Positions 51,141 through 61,750 are shown, numbered from the stretch's first letter. The stretch: 64,000 nucleotides of DNA from Betaproteobacteria bacterium (GCA_028291945.1 JAQGNH010000254.1:4679-68678), one strand, 5' to 3'. Made by a program: numbers and translations. The notes: generated by a model not told the origin, from the sequence alone.

Positions 51141-51895
51141 GCACCGAGCGACTGCGTGTACTCATCGTTGATGACGAGCCGCCCGCGCGCGCCCGGCTGC
51201 GTGATGTGCTTGCTGACTGCGCCGCCGAAATCGAGCTCGACATCGTGGGCGAGGCATCTACCTCGCGCGCGGCGCTCGACATGCTGGAGACCAGTAATGT
51301 GGACGTCGTCTTGCTCGACATACGAATGCCCGAAATGGACGGCATCGAGCTCGCTCAACACCTGCAGAAACTGGAGCGGCCGCCTGCGATCGTATTTACG
51401 ACGGCATACGATGTCTATGCCATCCGTGCATTCGAAGTTCATGCCGTCGACTATGTGCTTAAGCCGATAAGGACCGCGCGCCTGGTCGAGGCATTGAAGC
51501 GAGCCCGCTCTGCGCGTCCGCCCACTGTCGAATCGTTGCGAGGGATGAGTAATCGGGCGCCCGCTTTTCTCTCGGCCCAGGAGCGCGGCCGCATCCATCT
51601 GATTCCGATCGAGGACGTGCTCTATCTGAAAGCAGAGCTCAAGTACGTGACGGTGCGAACCGCCGAGCGGGAGTACCTGATCGAAGACGCGCTGGGCCGC
51701 TTGGAACAGGAGTATGCCGAGCGGTTCGTGCGCGTGCATCGCAATTGCCTCATCGCGCGTGGGGCGATTCGCGGTTTCGAGCGCAAAAGCGGCGATGGCG
51801 AGGCGCAATGGCAGGTTGTCCTCGAAGGTTGCGAAGAGAAGCTCGCTGTCAGCCGTCGCCAGCAGCATATCGTCCGCGAGTTCGGGAGGCCGTGA
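51137..51895 (+). CDS. algR: LytR/AlgR-family response regulator (REC + LytTR)
   Basis: REC domain 'VLIVDDEPPAR...DVVLLDIRMPEMDGIE' plus LytTR 'YLKAELKYVTVRT...FVRVHRNCLI'. GTGA overlap with the kinase. Sits between argH and hemC, as algR does in Pseudomonas. Confidence 0.85.
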   Translation: MSTERLRVLIVDDEPPARARLRDVLADCAAEIELDIVGEASTSRAALDMLETSNVDVVLLDIRMPEMDGIELAQHLQKLERPPAIVFTTAYDVYAIRAFEVHAVDYVLKPIRTARLVEALKRARSARPPTVESLRGMSNRAPAFLSAQERGRIHLIPIEDVLYLKAELKYVTVRTAEREYLIEDALGRLEQEYAERFVRVHRNCLIARGAIRGFERKSGDGEAQWQVVLEGCEEKLAVSRRQQHIVREFGRP

Positions 51896-52842
51896 AGGTT
51901 CAGGTACCCGATCGGATCGTGATCGCTACGCGCGAATCGGCGCTGGCGATGTGGCAGGCGCGGCACATCGAGTCAAGACTGCTGCAGCTCTACCCGCGAC
52001 TCGATGTGCAGATCCTGGGGATGACGACGGAAGGCGACCGCAAGCTCGGCGCTTCGCTTGCAAAGATCGGCGGCAAGGGGCTCTTCGTCAAGGAACTGGA
52101 AGAGGCGCTCGCCCGCGGTGAAGCCGACATCGCCGTGCATTCGTTGAAGGATGTTCCGATGGACCTTCTCCCGGGTCACGTGATTGCAGCAATTCCGGAA
52201 CGTGCCGATCCGCGTGACGCGTTCGTATCCCAGCGCTATCCCAACATCGCCGCGCTGCCAGCGGGCGCACGCGTGGGCACATCAAGCCTCAGACGAGAAA
52301 GTCAGCTGCGCTCACGCTGCCCAGGCCTCGAGATCAAGCCGCTCAGGGGCAACGTGCCCACGCGTCTGCGCAAGCTCGATGAGGATCAGTACGACGCGAT
52401 CATACTGGCCGCCGCCGGGCTCAAGCGGCTCGGTCTCGATGCGCGCATCACTGCTTTGCTCACGCTCGAGGAAAGCCTGCCCGCCGCCGGCCAGGGTGCG
52501 CTGGGCATCGAGTGTCGCGGCGACCGGCCGGATATCATCGAGTTGCTCGCGCCGATAGATCATGCTGCGACGGCTTCATGTGTGCGCGCCGAGCGCGCGG
52601 TCGCGCGCACGCTCGCCGGCTCGTGCAACGTTCCGCTCGCAGCGTTCGGGCAGATTGCGAATGGCACGATGAGTCTGCGCGGATACGTGGGCTCTCCCGA
52701 CGGATCGCACGTCGCCCGCGCGGCCGTATCCGGCGAAGCCGCAGAAGCCGAGGCGCTCGGTGTCGCGCTCGCGGCACGGTTGCGCGATGCGGGGGCTGAC
52801 GAGATCCTGTCCGCACTCGCGGATGGGCACGCCGGCGCGTGA
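51892..52842 (+). CDS. hemC: hydroxymethylbilane synthase (porphobilinogen deaminase)
   Basis: 'IVIATRESALAMWQARHI...GGKGLFVKELE...' is canonical HemC. GTG 51892 (GGGAGG RBS) overlaps the algR stop. Confidence 0.93.
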   Translation: MKVQVPDRIVIATRESALAMWQARHIESRLLQLYPRLDVQILGMTTEGDRKLGASLAKIGGKGLFVKELEEALARGEADIAVHSLKDVPMDLLPGHVIAAIPERADPRDAFVSQRYPNIAALPAGARVGTSSLRRESQLRSRCPGLEIKPLRGNVPTRLRKLDEDQYDAIILAAAGLKRLGLDARITALLTLEESLPAAGQGALGIECRGDRPDIIELLAPIDHAATASCVRAERAVARTLAGSCNVPLAAFGQIANGTMSLRGYVGSPDGSHVARAAVSGEAAEAEALGVALAARLRDAGADEILSALADGHAGA

Positions 52843-52867
52843 GCGCTCGCGCTGCGTCGCGATAAGC

Positions 52868-53659
52868 ATGACCGCGCCAGCCTCGTCTACGCACGCCCTT
52901 GCTGGACGCGGCATCGTGATCACGCGACCAGCTGAGCAGGCCGATCCTCTCGCGCAACTCATCCGGGAGCAGGGCGGACGATCCATACTCTTCCCTGTGA
53001 TCGTGATCCGGGACGTCGCAGACGAGACGCGTCTGAGCGCTCTCATCGAGCGGCTGGAGACCTTCGATGTCGCGATTTTCATCAGCCCCAATGCGGCGAG
53101 CAGGGGCATTCGTGCAGTCCGCGCGCGACGTGACCTGCCGGATACTTTAAGCATGATTGCGATTGGAGGCGGCACCGCCCGCGAGTTGCAGCGGCAGGGC
53201 GTTGCGTCCGTGACGGTTCCACCCGGGCGCTTCGACAGCGAGTCCCTGCTGAAGCTTCCACAGCTGCAGACGGTAGACGGCCTGCACGTCGTGATCTTTC
53301 GCGGGGAAGGCGGGCGCGCGGTGCTCGGCGATACGCTTGTCGCACGCGGGGCAATCGTCGAGTACGCCGAATGCTACAAACGCGACAGGCCCGAGATCGA
53401 TCCTCGATCGCTGATCGAGGCGTGGTCGCGCGGCGAAGTGGACGCGATCGTCGTGACCAGCAGTGAAGGGCTGCGCAACCTTCACGCGCTGCTGGGCGAC
53501 GCGGGTCAAAGGCACCTTGCGCGAACGACAATATTCGTGCCTCATCCGCGAATTGCCTCCACTGCGCGCGATCTGGGACTGGACTCGATCGTTGTGTCGG
53601 AACCGGGTGAGGCTGGCCTCGTGCGCGCAATCGGCCGGCACTTCGCTGATGACCGCTAA
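52868..53659 (+). CDS. hemD: uroporphyrinogen-III synthase
   Basis: 263 aa, 'GRGIVITRPAEQADPLAQLI...VAIFISPNAA...VVTSSEGLRNL', positioned right after hemC. Confidence 0.85.
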   Translation: MTAPASSTHALAGRGIVITRPAEQADPLAQLIREQGGRSILFPVIVIRDVADETRLSALIERLETFDVAIFISPNAASRGIRAVRARRDLPDTLSMIAIGGGTARELQRQGVASVTVPPGRFDSESLLKLPQLQTVDGLHVVIFRGEGGRAVLGDTLVARGAIVEYAECYKRDRPEIDPRSLIEAWSRGEVDAIVVTSSEGLRNLHALLGDAGQRHLARTTIFVPHPRIASTARDLGLDSIVVSEPGEAGLVRAIGRHFADDR

Positions 53660-53764
53660 CGCTGCCCCATGTTGCGGCTCGCGGCCTATCCTCGCATACT
53701 GTCGACCCTGTCGAAGAGCGTGATTTGTGCCAGACGTGTTGAGCTGAATCACCGAACGGTTTGA

Positions 53765-54862
53765 ATGAACGACACTACCCCCAGTTCACCTCCCGCAAGC
53801 ACGTCCACCACGCCGCAACCTGCGGCATCCATGCCGGCATCGAACGCGGTTTCAGTAGCGCCGGTGCGCGAACGAATGCTGAGTGCCACTGGATTCATTC
53901 TCGCAGTGCTCGCGTTGCTGCTGCTCGCATGGCAGTGGTACGACAGCCGCGGTTCGGTCGATGCCCTCCGGCAGGAGCTGGCGAAGAAGCTGTCCGACGC
54001 CGATGCGCTCAACAAGGGCAGCCGCGCGATTGCGGACCAGGCGCGCGAAGCGAGCACTGATCTCCAGGTCAAGCTTGGCGTTCTCGAGAGCCGCGTCGCT
54101 GAATCTCAAAGCCAGCAGATAGCGCTCGAAGCGCTCTATCAGGAGCTGTCGCGCAACCGGGACGAACAGGCGCTCGCAGAAATCGAGCAGTCGCTGCTGA
54201 TCGCGAACCAGCAACTGCAGCTCGCGGGTAATGTCAAAGCGGCGCTGATCGCGCTTCAGAACGCCGATTTTCGGCTACAACGGATGGATCGCCCTCAACT
54301 CACTGCGCTACGCAAGGCGATCAACCGCGACATCGAGCGGCTGAAAGCGCTGCCTTACGTCGATACAGTGGGGATCAGCGTGCGGCTCGACAGTGTCATC
54401 GGCTCGGTGGATGCACTGCCGCTCGCGATGGAAATGCGCCCCCCGCTCGCTTCCGGCAGTGATGCCCCGCGCGAAGCGGACTCTAATGTCTGGCAGCGCT
54501 TTATGCGCGAAGCCTGGGCTGAGGTCAAGCAGCTCGTTCGTGTTCAGAACATGAACCAGCCCGAGGTGCCGCTGCTCGCGCCGCCGCAGGCATTTTTCCT
54601 GCGCGAAAATCTGAAGCTGCGGCTCATTGGCGCGCGCCTGGCATTGCTCTCACGCGATCAGACGAGTTACAAGGCGGATCTCCAGGCCGCACGCGACTGG
54701 CTCACGAAATACTACGACACGCGCGAAAAATCGATCGGCAATGCTTTGTCGACGCTGCGCAATCTGCACGACAGCGACATCAGCATCGAAATGCCGGATA
54801 TATCCGCTACCGTGGATGCGCTGCGCAATACGCGACTCGGCCGCGAACGGCCGGTCCGCTGA
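53765..54862 (+). CDS. hemX: HemX-like membrane protein (uroporphyrinogen-III C-methyltransferase-like, heme operon)
   Basis: Pro/Ser/Thr-rich N-terminus, a single TM helix, then a long coiled-coil periplasmic region. Position is hemD-hemX-hemY. Confidence 0.8.
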   Translation: MNDTTPSSPPASTSTTPQPAASMPASNAVSVAPVRERMLSATGFILAVLALLLLAWQWYDSRGSVDALRQELAKKLSDADALNKGSRAIADQAREASTDLQVKLGVLESRVAESQSQQIALEALYQELSRNRDEQALAEIEQSLLIANQQLQLAGNVKAALIALQNADFRLQRMDRPQLTALRKAINRDIERLKALPYVDTVGISVRLDSVIGSVDALPLAMEMRPPLASGSDAPREADSNVWQRFMREAWAEVKQLVRVQNMNQPEVPLLAPPQAFFLRENLKLRLIGARLALLSRDQTSYKADLQAARDWLTKYYDTREKSIGNALSTLRNLHDSDISIEMPDISATVDALRNTRLGRERPVR

Positions 54863-54939
54863 AGAGCGCGACAAACGATGAGCGACGGCACAAGGGTTCC
54901 GCTGATGCTGCAGCGTGCGCGCCGCGAAGGTAAGCCCGC

Positions 54940-56208
54940 GTGAAGGCCCTGTTCTGGACCATCGCAATCTTTGCGTTGGCGGTCGGGCTCGTGGTGGCCG
55001 CGCGTTATAACGATGGCTACGTGCTCGTGGTGCTGCCCCCGTATCGTGTGGAAATCGCCCTCAATCTGCTTTTACTATTGTTGGCAGGCGCCTTCGTTCT
55101 GTTCTACAGCTTAGTGCGGCTCGTGACGACCGCGGTGCAGATGCCCGCCCGCGTGCGAGAGTACCGGCTCGCGCGCCGCCGCGAGACCGCTCAGTCGACG
55201 CTGCTCGGTGCGCTGCAGGCCTACTTCGAAGGGCGGTACGCGAAAGCCGAGCAGTCTGCGTCACAATCGATCGAGCTTGGCGCGAGCGATCGCCTCAGCC
55301 TGGTGCTCGCCGCGCGCGCTGCGCATGAGCTTCGTGCGTACGAGCGGCGGGATGCGTACATAGAACGGATCGCGCAGGATGCGGCCGAAGATGACGCGTT
55401 GCGCATCATCACCCAGGCTGAGCTTCTGGTGGCAGAGCGTCGAGCGAAAGAAGCCTTGGAAGTGCTGCAGGAATTGCCTCGCAAACATACGGCCGCACTC
55501 AAGCTCGAGCTCAAGGCGCAGCAGCAGATGCGCCAGTGGGAGCAGGTTGCGGTACTGGTCGGCGAGCTCGAGCGTCGTGGAGTGTTCGACGCAGACCAGG
55601 CCTCGAAGCTGCGCACACACGCTCTTGCAGAGAGCGTGCGACGTAAAGCGCTTGATGTTCACGCGCTGGATGAAGTCTGGCGGAAGCTGCCGGACGCGCA
55701 AAAGCGTGAAACGCCGCTCGCAGTGGCCGCAGCGCAGAGCTACATCGCGGCGAATCGCAAGGCTGAAGCGCAGCAGATCATCGAGCAGAGCCTGGAACAC
55801 GCGTGGGACAGCGAGCTCGTGGCGCTTTACCCCGACTGCCTCGGCACGGACACAGTAAGGCAGATAGAGCGAGCTGAGACGTGGCTCGAGGAGCATCCGG
55901 GCGACGCCGCTTTGCTGCTCAGTCTCGGCAGGCTCTGCGCCCGGCAGGGATTGTGGGGCAAGGCCGAAAGTTATCTGGAGGCGAGCGTGTCAGTCGAACC
56001 GACCTACACCGGACACGTCGAGCTTGCACGCCTGCATGAAAAGCTCGGGAATACGGACGCCTCGCGCCGGCATTATCGAGAGAGCCTCGATCTTGCGCTT
56101 GCGGAGCTCAAGAAAAGAGCGCAGGCCGCCGTTCGCGACAGCGCAGAATCGAGGACGTTGCCGTCGAAACGCACCATCGACCCCATGGAAATCGAACAGA
56201 GACGCTAG
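54940..56208 (+). CDS. hemY: HemY-like TPR membrane protein
   Basis: Two N-terminal TM helices ('MKALFWTIAIFALAVGLVV...') followed by TPR-like repeats. Last gene of the hemCDXY block. Confidence 0.85.
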   Translation: MKALFWTIAIFALAVGLVVAARYNDGYVLVVLPPYRVEIALNLLLLLLAGAFVLFYSLVRLVTTAVQMPARVREYRLARRRETAQSTLLGALQAYFEGRYAKAEQSASQSIELGASDRLSLVLAARAAHELRAYERRDAYIERIAQDAAEDDALRIITQAELLVAERRAKEALEVLQELPRKHTAALKLELKAQQQMRQWEQVAVLVGELERRGVFDADQASKLRTHALAESVRRKALDVHALDEVWRKLPDAQKRETPLAVAAAQSYIAANRKAEAQQIIEQSLEHAWDSELVALYPDCLGTDTVRQIERAETWLEEHPGDAALLLSLGRLCARQGLWGKAESYLEASVSVEPTYTGHVELARLHEKLGNTDASRRHYRESLDLALAELKKRAQAAVRDSAESRTLPSKRTIDPMEIEQRR

Positions 56209-56245
56209 CTGACGGCGGCAACGCACGCGGCATGCGCCGGCATGC

Positions 56246-57274
56246 TCACGGTTGCGGCGCGGCGGCCGGTGTCGCCGGCGTGAATGCGTCAGAGTAGAAC
56301 TCGTCCTCGGGCAGGCCGCGGTGCGCCTTGAAATCCTTGTGTGCCGCCTCGACCATGAGGGGAGCTCCGCACGCGTAGACCTGATAGCCCGTAAGCTGCG
56401 GAAAATCTTCCATGACCGCGCGATGGACGAAGCCGATGCGGCCATTCCACTGATCTTCAGCCTGGGCTTCGGACAGCACCGGCACATACCTGACGCCGTA
56501 TTCGCGCTCCCAGCTTTCGGCGAGATCGTTCAGATAGAGATCGGTCCGTCTGCGCCCGCCCCAGTACAGCGTCATCGGACGCGTTACGCCATTGTGCAGC
56601 GCATGCTCGATCATCGCTTTGATGGGCGCAAAACCGGTGCCGCTCGCGACGAAAATGATCGGCTTGGAGCTTTCGTCCCGCAGGAAAAACGTCCCGAGCG
56701 GCCCCTCGAAACGCAGGATGTCCTTTTCCTTCATCTTGTTGAAAACGTGTTCGCTGAAAGGCCCGCCGTAGTTGCGCAGGTGCAACTCGAGCAGCGCGTC
56801 GTCATGCGGCGCGTTTGCCATCGAGAGGCTGCGCCGGATCCCCCCTCTCATGAGAATGTCGATGTATTGCCCGGCCAGAAACTGCAGGCGCTCGTTCGCC
56901 GGCAGCTTCAATTGAATGCGCATGACGTCCGGCGCAAGCCTGTCGATTTTCTGGACGCGGCAGGGTAAGGTCCTGACCTGGATATCCTTGACCGCGCTGA
57001 TCTCGCGGCATTCGATCACCAGGTCGCTCAGGGGTTTCGCCTGACAGAACAGCGCGTAACCTTGTGCTTTTTCGGTCTCGGGCAGCGTCTCCGGCTGATA
57101 GACGCCGTAATCGACGCTGCCATCGACCACTTTGCCCTTGCAGGTGCCGCACGCGCCGTTACGGCAGCTGTAGGCGAGCACCAAGCCTTCACGCAGCGCG
57201 GCTTCCAACACGGTGTCGTCGGGCTGCGCGTCGAAGGCATTGTTGCTCGGCTTGATCGTTATCCGGTAGGACAT
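56246..57274 (-). CDS. 2Fe-2S ferredoxin / FAD-NAD(P) oxidoreductase fusion (CDP-6-deoxy-delta-3,4-glucoseen reductase-like)
   Basis: Plant-type ferredoxin motif 'CRNGACGTCKGKV...FCQA', FAD motif 'RSLSMAN' and NAD motif 'FVASGTGFAPI'. ATG 57274 chosen. Confidence 0.85.
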   Translation of the reverse strand: MSYRITIKPSNNAFDAQPDDTVLEAALREGLVLAYSCRNGACGTCKGKVVDGSVDYGVYQPETLPETEKAQGYALFCQAKPLSDLVIECREISAVKDIQVRTLPCRVQKIDRLAPDVMRIQLKLPANERLQFLAGQYIDILMRGGIRRSLSMANAPHDDALLELHLRNYGGPFSEHVFNKMKEKDILRFEGPLGTFFLRDESSKPIIFVASGTGFAPIKAMIEHALHNGVTRPMTLYWGGRRRTDLYLNDLAESWEREYGVRYVPVLSEAQAEDQWNGRIGFVHRAVMEDFPQLTGYQVYACGAPLMVEAAHKDFKAHRGLPEDEFYSDAFTPATPAAAPQP

Positions 57275-57775
57275 TGGCGCTTTACATGCAGGTTGGGGCT
57301 GACAGCCCATAAGGCCCTAAAATCGCCGTATGCGACGGCTTTCTCACGATCGGCTGCAGACACGTAGCATTGAGCATGATTCCGCTTGTGCGAAAACGTC
57401 AAGCAGACTCCAGGCGCTGATACGCAGTCGTGATCGCGCAGACTCACTGCGCGTTCGGAGGTTAAACCGGGACGGGGCGATTTGGCTCACCCTGACCGCG
57501 CTTGGCCGCGCTGCGGCACGATGTGGTGCACTTCGTGCGCCGGCTACCTCGGACCTGCGCGACGCGCGTACTGCGCACCTCCTCGCAGCCCTCGCGAAGG
57601 TAAAAAGTGTACCACAGCAACTCGTCTACGTCGGCACGAGCCGTTTATGGGGATTGGGAAGGCGCTTGCTCATGAGCGCGAGCTGTGCGTTAGTCGGCGG
57701 TACCCGTTTGTGCACGAAGGCGTAGCATGGGCGCGTGATATACAGGATTCTGCAGACCTCACTCGAGGAGCACAG

Positions 57776-58117
57776 ATGTACGGAGATGAAGGCGGCGCAT
57801 TGCTCGTATTCACGAATCTTCCCGACCGTGACGCTGCCGTGAAGCTTGCGCGGGAGCTGGTGGCGAAGCGGCTTGCCGCGTGCGTGAACATACTATCCGG
57901 CTGCACCTCCGTGTATCGCTGGGAGGGCGCCGTCGAACACACCGATGAAGTCCCGGTGCTCATCAAGACGCGCGCGTCCCGCTATCCCGAAATCGAAGCG
58001 GCGATCCGCCGCTTGCATCCTTACGAACTCCCGGAAGTGATCGCGGTCCCAGTGGTGCGCGGTCTTCCTGACTACCTGGAGTGGGTGGCGGAAGAGACCG
58101 CCATTCCGATCGGCTGA
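57776..58117 (+). CDS. cutA: divalent-cation tolerance protein CutA
   Basis: 'LAACVNILSGCTSVYRWEGAVEHTDEVPVLIKT...HPYELPEVIAV'. A GAGGAG RBS precedes ATG 57776. Confidence 0.9.
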   Translation: MYGDEGGALLVFTNLPDRDAAVKLARELVAKRLAACVNILSGCTSVYRWEGAVEHTDEVPVLIKTRASRYPEIEAAIRRLHPYELPEVIAVPVVRGLPDYLEWVAEETAIPIG

Positions 58118-58144
58118 CGAACAGGCCGCCCCAACCTGCATTCA

Positions 58145-59932
58145 ATGCGCTTATTACTGGTCCTGCTGGTGCTGCTCGCCTGTCCGGCGAGCGGGGCTTC
58201 TCCCGACGATCTGCTCGAGCCTGATCAGGCATTCCGCTTCGCTGCGCGCGCGATCGGTCGGGATACGATCGAAGTGCACTACCAGATCGCGCCCGGTTAC
58301 TACCTGTATCGCGACAAGTTCAAGTTCGCTGTCGATCAGGCCTCCGTGGATCTCGGTCCGGCGGATCTGCCGCCCGGAAAGCTCAAGAAGGACGAATTTT
58401 TCGGCGACGTGCAAACGTATCGCGGGGAAGTTCGGATTCACGTGCCCGTGCGCATTGCCGGAGACGCGGGCGCGGCAACGCTCACTGTCACCTCGCAGGG
58501 TTGCGCCGATGCGGGCGTGTGCTACGTGCCGCATGAGCAGAAGACGCTGGTGAGCTTCGCGGGAACTCCGTCGTTGGGGACTTCCGTCGCAGCCGAGTCC
58601 GGGCTGCTCTCGGGTCCCGGCGAGCCGCCGAGTAATGATCGCGTTATCGCTCGCCTCTTCAAAGCTGATCTCGCCGTTCTGATCGCAAGCTTTTTCGGAT
58701 TCGGTTTGCTACTCGCGTTCACGCCGTGCATGTTGCCGATGATTCCGATTCTGTCGGGCATCATCGCCGGGAGGCGCGGTGCGCGGCTGACGCGCGTGCA
58801 AGGGTTCGTGCTGGCGGCTGCATACGTGCTTGGTATGGCGATTACCTACGCGATTGCAGGCGTGCTGGCCGGGCTATCGGGCACGCTGCTGTCGGCCGCT
58901 TTGCAGAACGCGTGGGTACTCGGCGCTTTCGCTGCGATCTTCGTGCTCCTTGCAGGCGCGATGTTCGGCTTCTACGAGCTTCAGCTGCCTTCTTCATTGC
59001 AAAGCCGTCTCGCCACGGTCACGGGCCGGATCCGCGGGGGACACCTCGCAGGTGTATTCGCGATGGGCGCATTGTCGGCGCTCATCGTGGGGCCTTGCGT
59101 CGCGGCGCCGCTCGCCGGCGCTCTTCTGTATATCAGCCAGAGCCGCGACGTGGTGCTCGGAGGCTCGGCGCTGTTTGCGATGGCGCTCGGGATGGGTGTG
59201 CCGCTGCTCGTCCTCGGCGCCTCCGCTGGCGCGCTCCTGCCGAAGGCTGGGCCATGGATGGAGACAGTGAAGCGATTCTTTGGCGTCGTGCTGCTGGGCG
59301 TCGCGATCTACATCGTGTCCCCGCTTCTGCCGGCCGCCGCCGCGATGCTCGCGTGGGCTGTCCTGTTTGCTGTCACCGGCGTCTGTTTGCGCGCGATTGA
59401 TCCATTGCCGGCATCTGCGCGGCCTGTCGACCGTGTGGCCAAAGCGATCGGCGTGCTGTCGCTGGTTGCAGGCGTCGTATACCTCATTGGCGCACTCTCC
59501 GGCAGCCGCGATATGCTTCAGCCGCTTTCGGGTTTTCTCGGCACATCAGCGCCGCCGTCCTCTTCTGGACGAACCGCGTTCGTGCGCGTTGACTCGCCCG
59601 CAGACCTCGATCGAGTTATCGCCTCGTCCACTGGAAAGCCGCTCATGCTGGATTTTTATGCGGACTGGTGTGTCTCGTGCAAGGAGATGGAGCGCTACAC
59701 GTTCAGCGATGCGACAGTACAGCAACGACTGGACGGGCTCGTCAAAGTGCGGGCTGATGTCACAGCCAATGCCCCGGAGCATCAGGCGCTGCTGCAGCGG
59801 TTCCGGCTTTTCGGCCCACCCGGTATCATTTTTTTCGATCGCGAAGGCCGCGAGATATCGGCACTGCGCGTGATTGGTTTCGAGCGTGTGGACAGATTCG
59901 CTGCCGTGCTCGACAAGGTGCTGAGTCAGTGA
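58145..59932 (+). CDS. dsbD: thiol:disulfide interchange protein DsbD
   Basis: Signal peptide, N-terminal domain with 'SQGCADAGVCYVP', a multi-TM core with 'TPCMLPMIP' and 'GPCVAAPL', and a C-terminal thioredoxin 'WCVSCKEME'. Confidence 0.93.
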   Translation: MRLLLVLLVLLACPASGASPDDLLEPDQAFRFAARAIGRDTIEVHYQIAPGYYLYRDKFKFAVDQASVDLGPADLPPGKLKKDEFFGDVQTYRGEVRIHVPVRIAGDAGAATLTVTSQGCADAGVCYVPHEQKTLVSFAGTPSLGTSVAAESGLLSGPGEPPSNDRVIARLFKADLAVLIASFFGFGLLLAFTPCMLPMIPILSGIIAGRRGARLTRVQGFVLAAAYVLGMAITYAIAGVLAGLSGTLLSAALQNAWVLGAFAAIFVLLAGAMFGFYELQLPSSLQSRLATVTGRIRGGHLAGVFAMGALSALIVGPCVAAPLAGALLYISQSRDVVLGGSALFAMALGMGVPLLVLGASAGALLPKAGPWMETVKRFFGVVLLGVAIYIVSPLLPAAAAMLAWAVLFAVTGVCLRAIDPLPASARPVDRVAKAIGVLSLVAGVVYLIGALSGSRDMLQPLSGFLGTSAPPSSSGRTAFVRVDSPADLDRVIASSTGKPLMLDFYADWCVSCKEMERYTFSDATVQQRLDGLVKVRADVTANAPEHQALLQRFRLFGPPGIIFFDREGREISALRVIGFERVDRFAAVLDKVLSQ

Positions 59933-60017
59933 CTTTCCTATGGCGCCGGCCCCTCACGGAACCGGGCAAGTGGCGCCGGGCGCGCAGTTGCGTGGATAAG
60001 CACGTGCCCGATCAGCC

Positions 60018-60554
60018 GTGAGTCGCCCGCGCGAGTGGGCGCTAGTCGCCCTTGTTGCCATTGCAGCCGGCGCGGCAGGTTACGTCTACCACGCGGCACG
60101 CACTGCTCCGGAGCTGAGCCAAGCGAGCACTGCAGGTCTGGAAAGGCTGATGTCTATGCGGCTTCCGGATCTCGACCAGCAGCTCCAATCGATCGATCAA
60201 TGGCGCGGGAAGGTCGTGGTGGTGAATTTCTGGGCCACATGGTGCGCGCCGTGCCGCGAGGAGATTCCGATGTTCGTCCGGCTTCAGGAGGAACACCGTA
60301 ATCGCGGGCTGCAGTTTGTCGGGATCGCGATCGACCAGTCCAGTAAAGTGCGCCCCTATGCCGCCGAGCTTGGTATGAATTTTCCTGTACTGATCGGAAG
60401 CGTGGACGCGATCGAGCTGACGCGTGCCTTGGGAAACAGGGCTGGGGTTCTGCCCTACACCATTGTCATCGACCGGACGGGCCGCATCGCAGCGATCGAA
60501 GTGGGGGCGGCTAAGGAAAGCAAGCTGCGCCCTTTGCTCGCAGCACTTCTCTGA
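60018..60554 (+). CDS. TlpA-family periplasmic thiol:disulfide oxidoreductase
   Basis: Membrane anchor plus 'VVVNFWATWCAPCREEIP'. Confidence 0.85.
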   Translation: MSRPREWALVALVAIAAGAAGYVYHAARTAPELSQASTAGLERLMSMRLPDLDQQLQSIDQWRGKVVVVNFWATWCAPCREEIPMFVRLQEEHRNRGLQFVGIAIDQSSKVRPYAAELGMNFPVLIGSVDAIELTRALGNRAGVLPYTIVIDRTGRIAAIEVGAAKESKLRPLLAALL

Positions 60555-60833
60555 GAGCGTTGTCGTCGCAAGCTCCGGTAACGCCGTACATCTCCACGAT
60601 ACGCGCTCACTCCGGCCACGACCGTTTTTGCGCCTGAATCGGCGCCTGGAGCTTAGTCGAAGCCGCGGTTTAGTCAGCTTCTAGGCAACCTCACCACTAC
60701 CGTTGGGCTCGACAAACACCGGGAATTCCAGCAAAACACTGGACAACTCCCGGCTATTTGCGGCAAACTCCGCGGCGCTATGGGTGCCGCGTCGCCACAC
60801 AGCTTGTTATCCGACAACGCTTAGAGAACCCTG

Positions 60834-61280
60834 ATGGCGAAGAACATCCTGTGCCTCAGCGGCCCCAACCTGAATCTGCTGGGTAGCCGGGAACCTGACA
60901 AATACGGCACGGCGACGCTCGGAGCAATTGAACAGAAGCTCGGCGTGCAAGCTGCGATGGCAGGCTCAAAACTGACCTGTTTTCAAAGCAACTCGGAATC
61001 TCAATTGGTTGACCGTATACAACAGGCCGCCCAGCAAAGTGTCGATTTCATTTTGATCAACCCAGCCGCTTACACGCACACAAGCGTCGCAATTCGCGAT
61101 GCACTGGCGGCGGTCGCTATCCCGTTCGTAGAGATTCACCTCACTCACATCCGCGCGCGGGAGCCGTTCAGGCACCGCTCCTACTTCAGCGATCTGGCGG
61201 TGGGCGTGGTCAGCGGTCTCGGCCCGCAAAGCTACGAACTCGCGCTCAGTTACGCGCTCGATCACGCCGGGAAGGATTGA
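60834..61280 (+). CDS. aroQ: type II 3-dehydroquinate dehydratase
   Basis: '[21 protein letters not shown]...QSNSE..LVDRIQ...[17 protein letters not shown]'. Confidence 0.95.
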   Translation: MAKNILCLSGPNLNLLGSREPDKYGTATLGAIEQKLGVQAAMAGSKLTCFQSNSESQLVDRIQQAAQQSVDFILINPAAYTHTSVAIRDALAAVAIPFVEIHLTHIRAREPFRHRSYFSDLAVGVVSGLGPQSYELALSYALDHAGKD

Positions 61281-61284
61281 AGTC

Positions 61285-61749
61285 ATGGATTTGCGCAAGC
61301 TGAAAACGTTGATCGACCTCGTTCAGCAATCGGGGATCGCCGAGCTGGAGATCACCGAAGGTGAAGAGAAGGTTCGTATAAGCCGCGGTGTTTCCGGCGG
61401 CGCAGCCCAGGTCATGGCACCGCCGGGGACCGTTTATATGACGGCACCCATGATGCAGCCGCCTGGTGCCAGCGCTCCCGCTGCGCCTGAAGCACAGACA
61501 CCGCCCGAGCCCGAAGGACACGTCGTCAAAGCGCCTATGGTCGGAACGTTCTATCGCTCGTCAGCCCCGGGCGCCAAGCCTTTCGTGGAGCTTGGACAGG
61601 CGGTGAAAGCCGGCGAAACCGTCTGCATCATCGAAGCGATGAAGCTGCTCAACGAGATCGAAAGCGACCGCGACGGGATCATCAAGGAAGTGCTGGTGGA
61701 GAATGGGCAGCCCGTCGAGTACGGGCAACCGCTTTTCCTCGTAGTCTGA
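61285..61749 (+). CDS. accB: acetyl-CoA carboxylase biotin carboxyl carrier protein
   Basis: Ala/Pro-rich linker and the biotinylation motif '[13 protein letters not shown]'. Confidence 0.95.
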   Translation: MDLRKLKTLIDLVQQSGIAELEITEGEEKVRISRGVSGGAAQVMAPPGTVYMTAPMMQPPGASAPAAPEAQTPPEPEGHVVKAPMVGTFYRSSAPGAKPFVELGQAVKAGETVCIIEAMKLLNEIESDRDGIIKEVLVENGQPVEYGQPLFLVV

Positions 61750-61750
61750 A

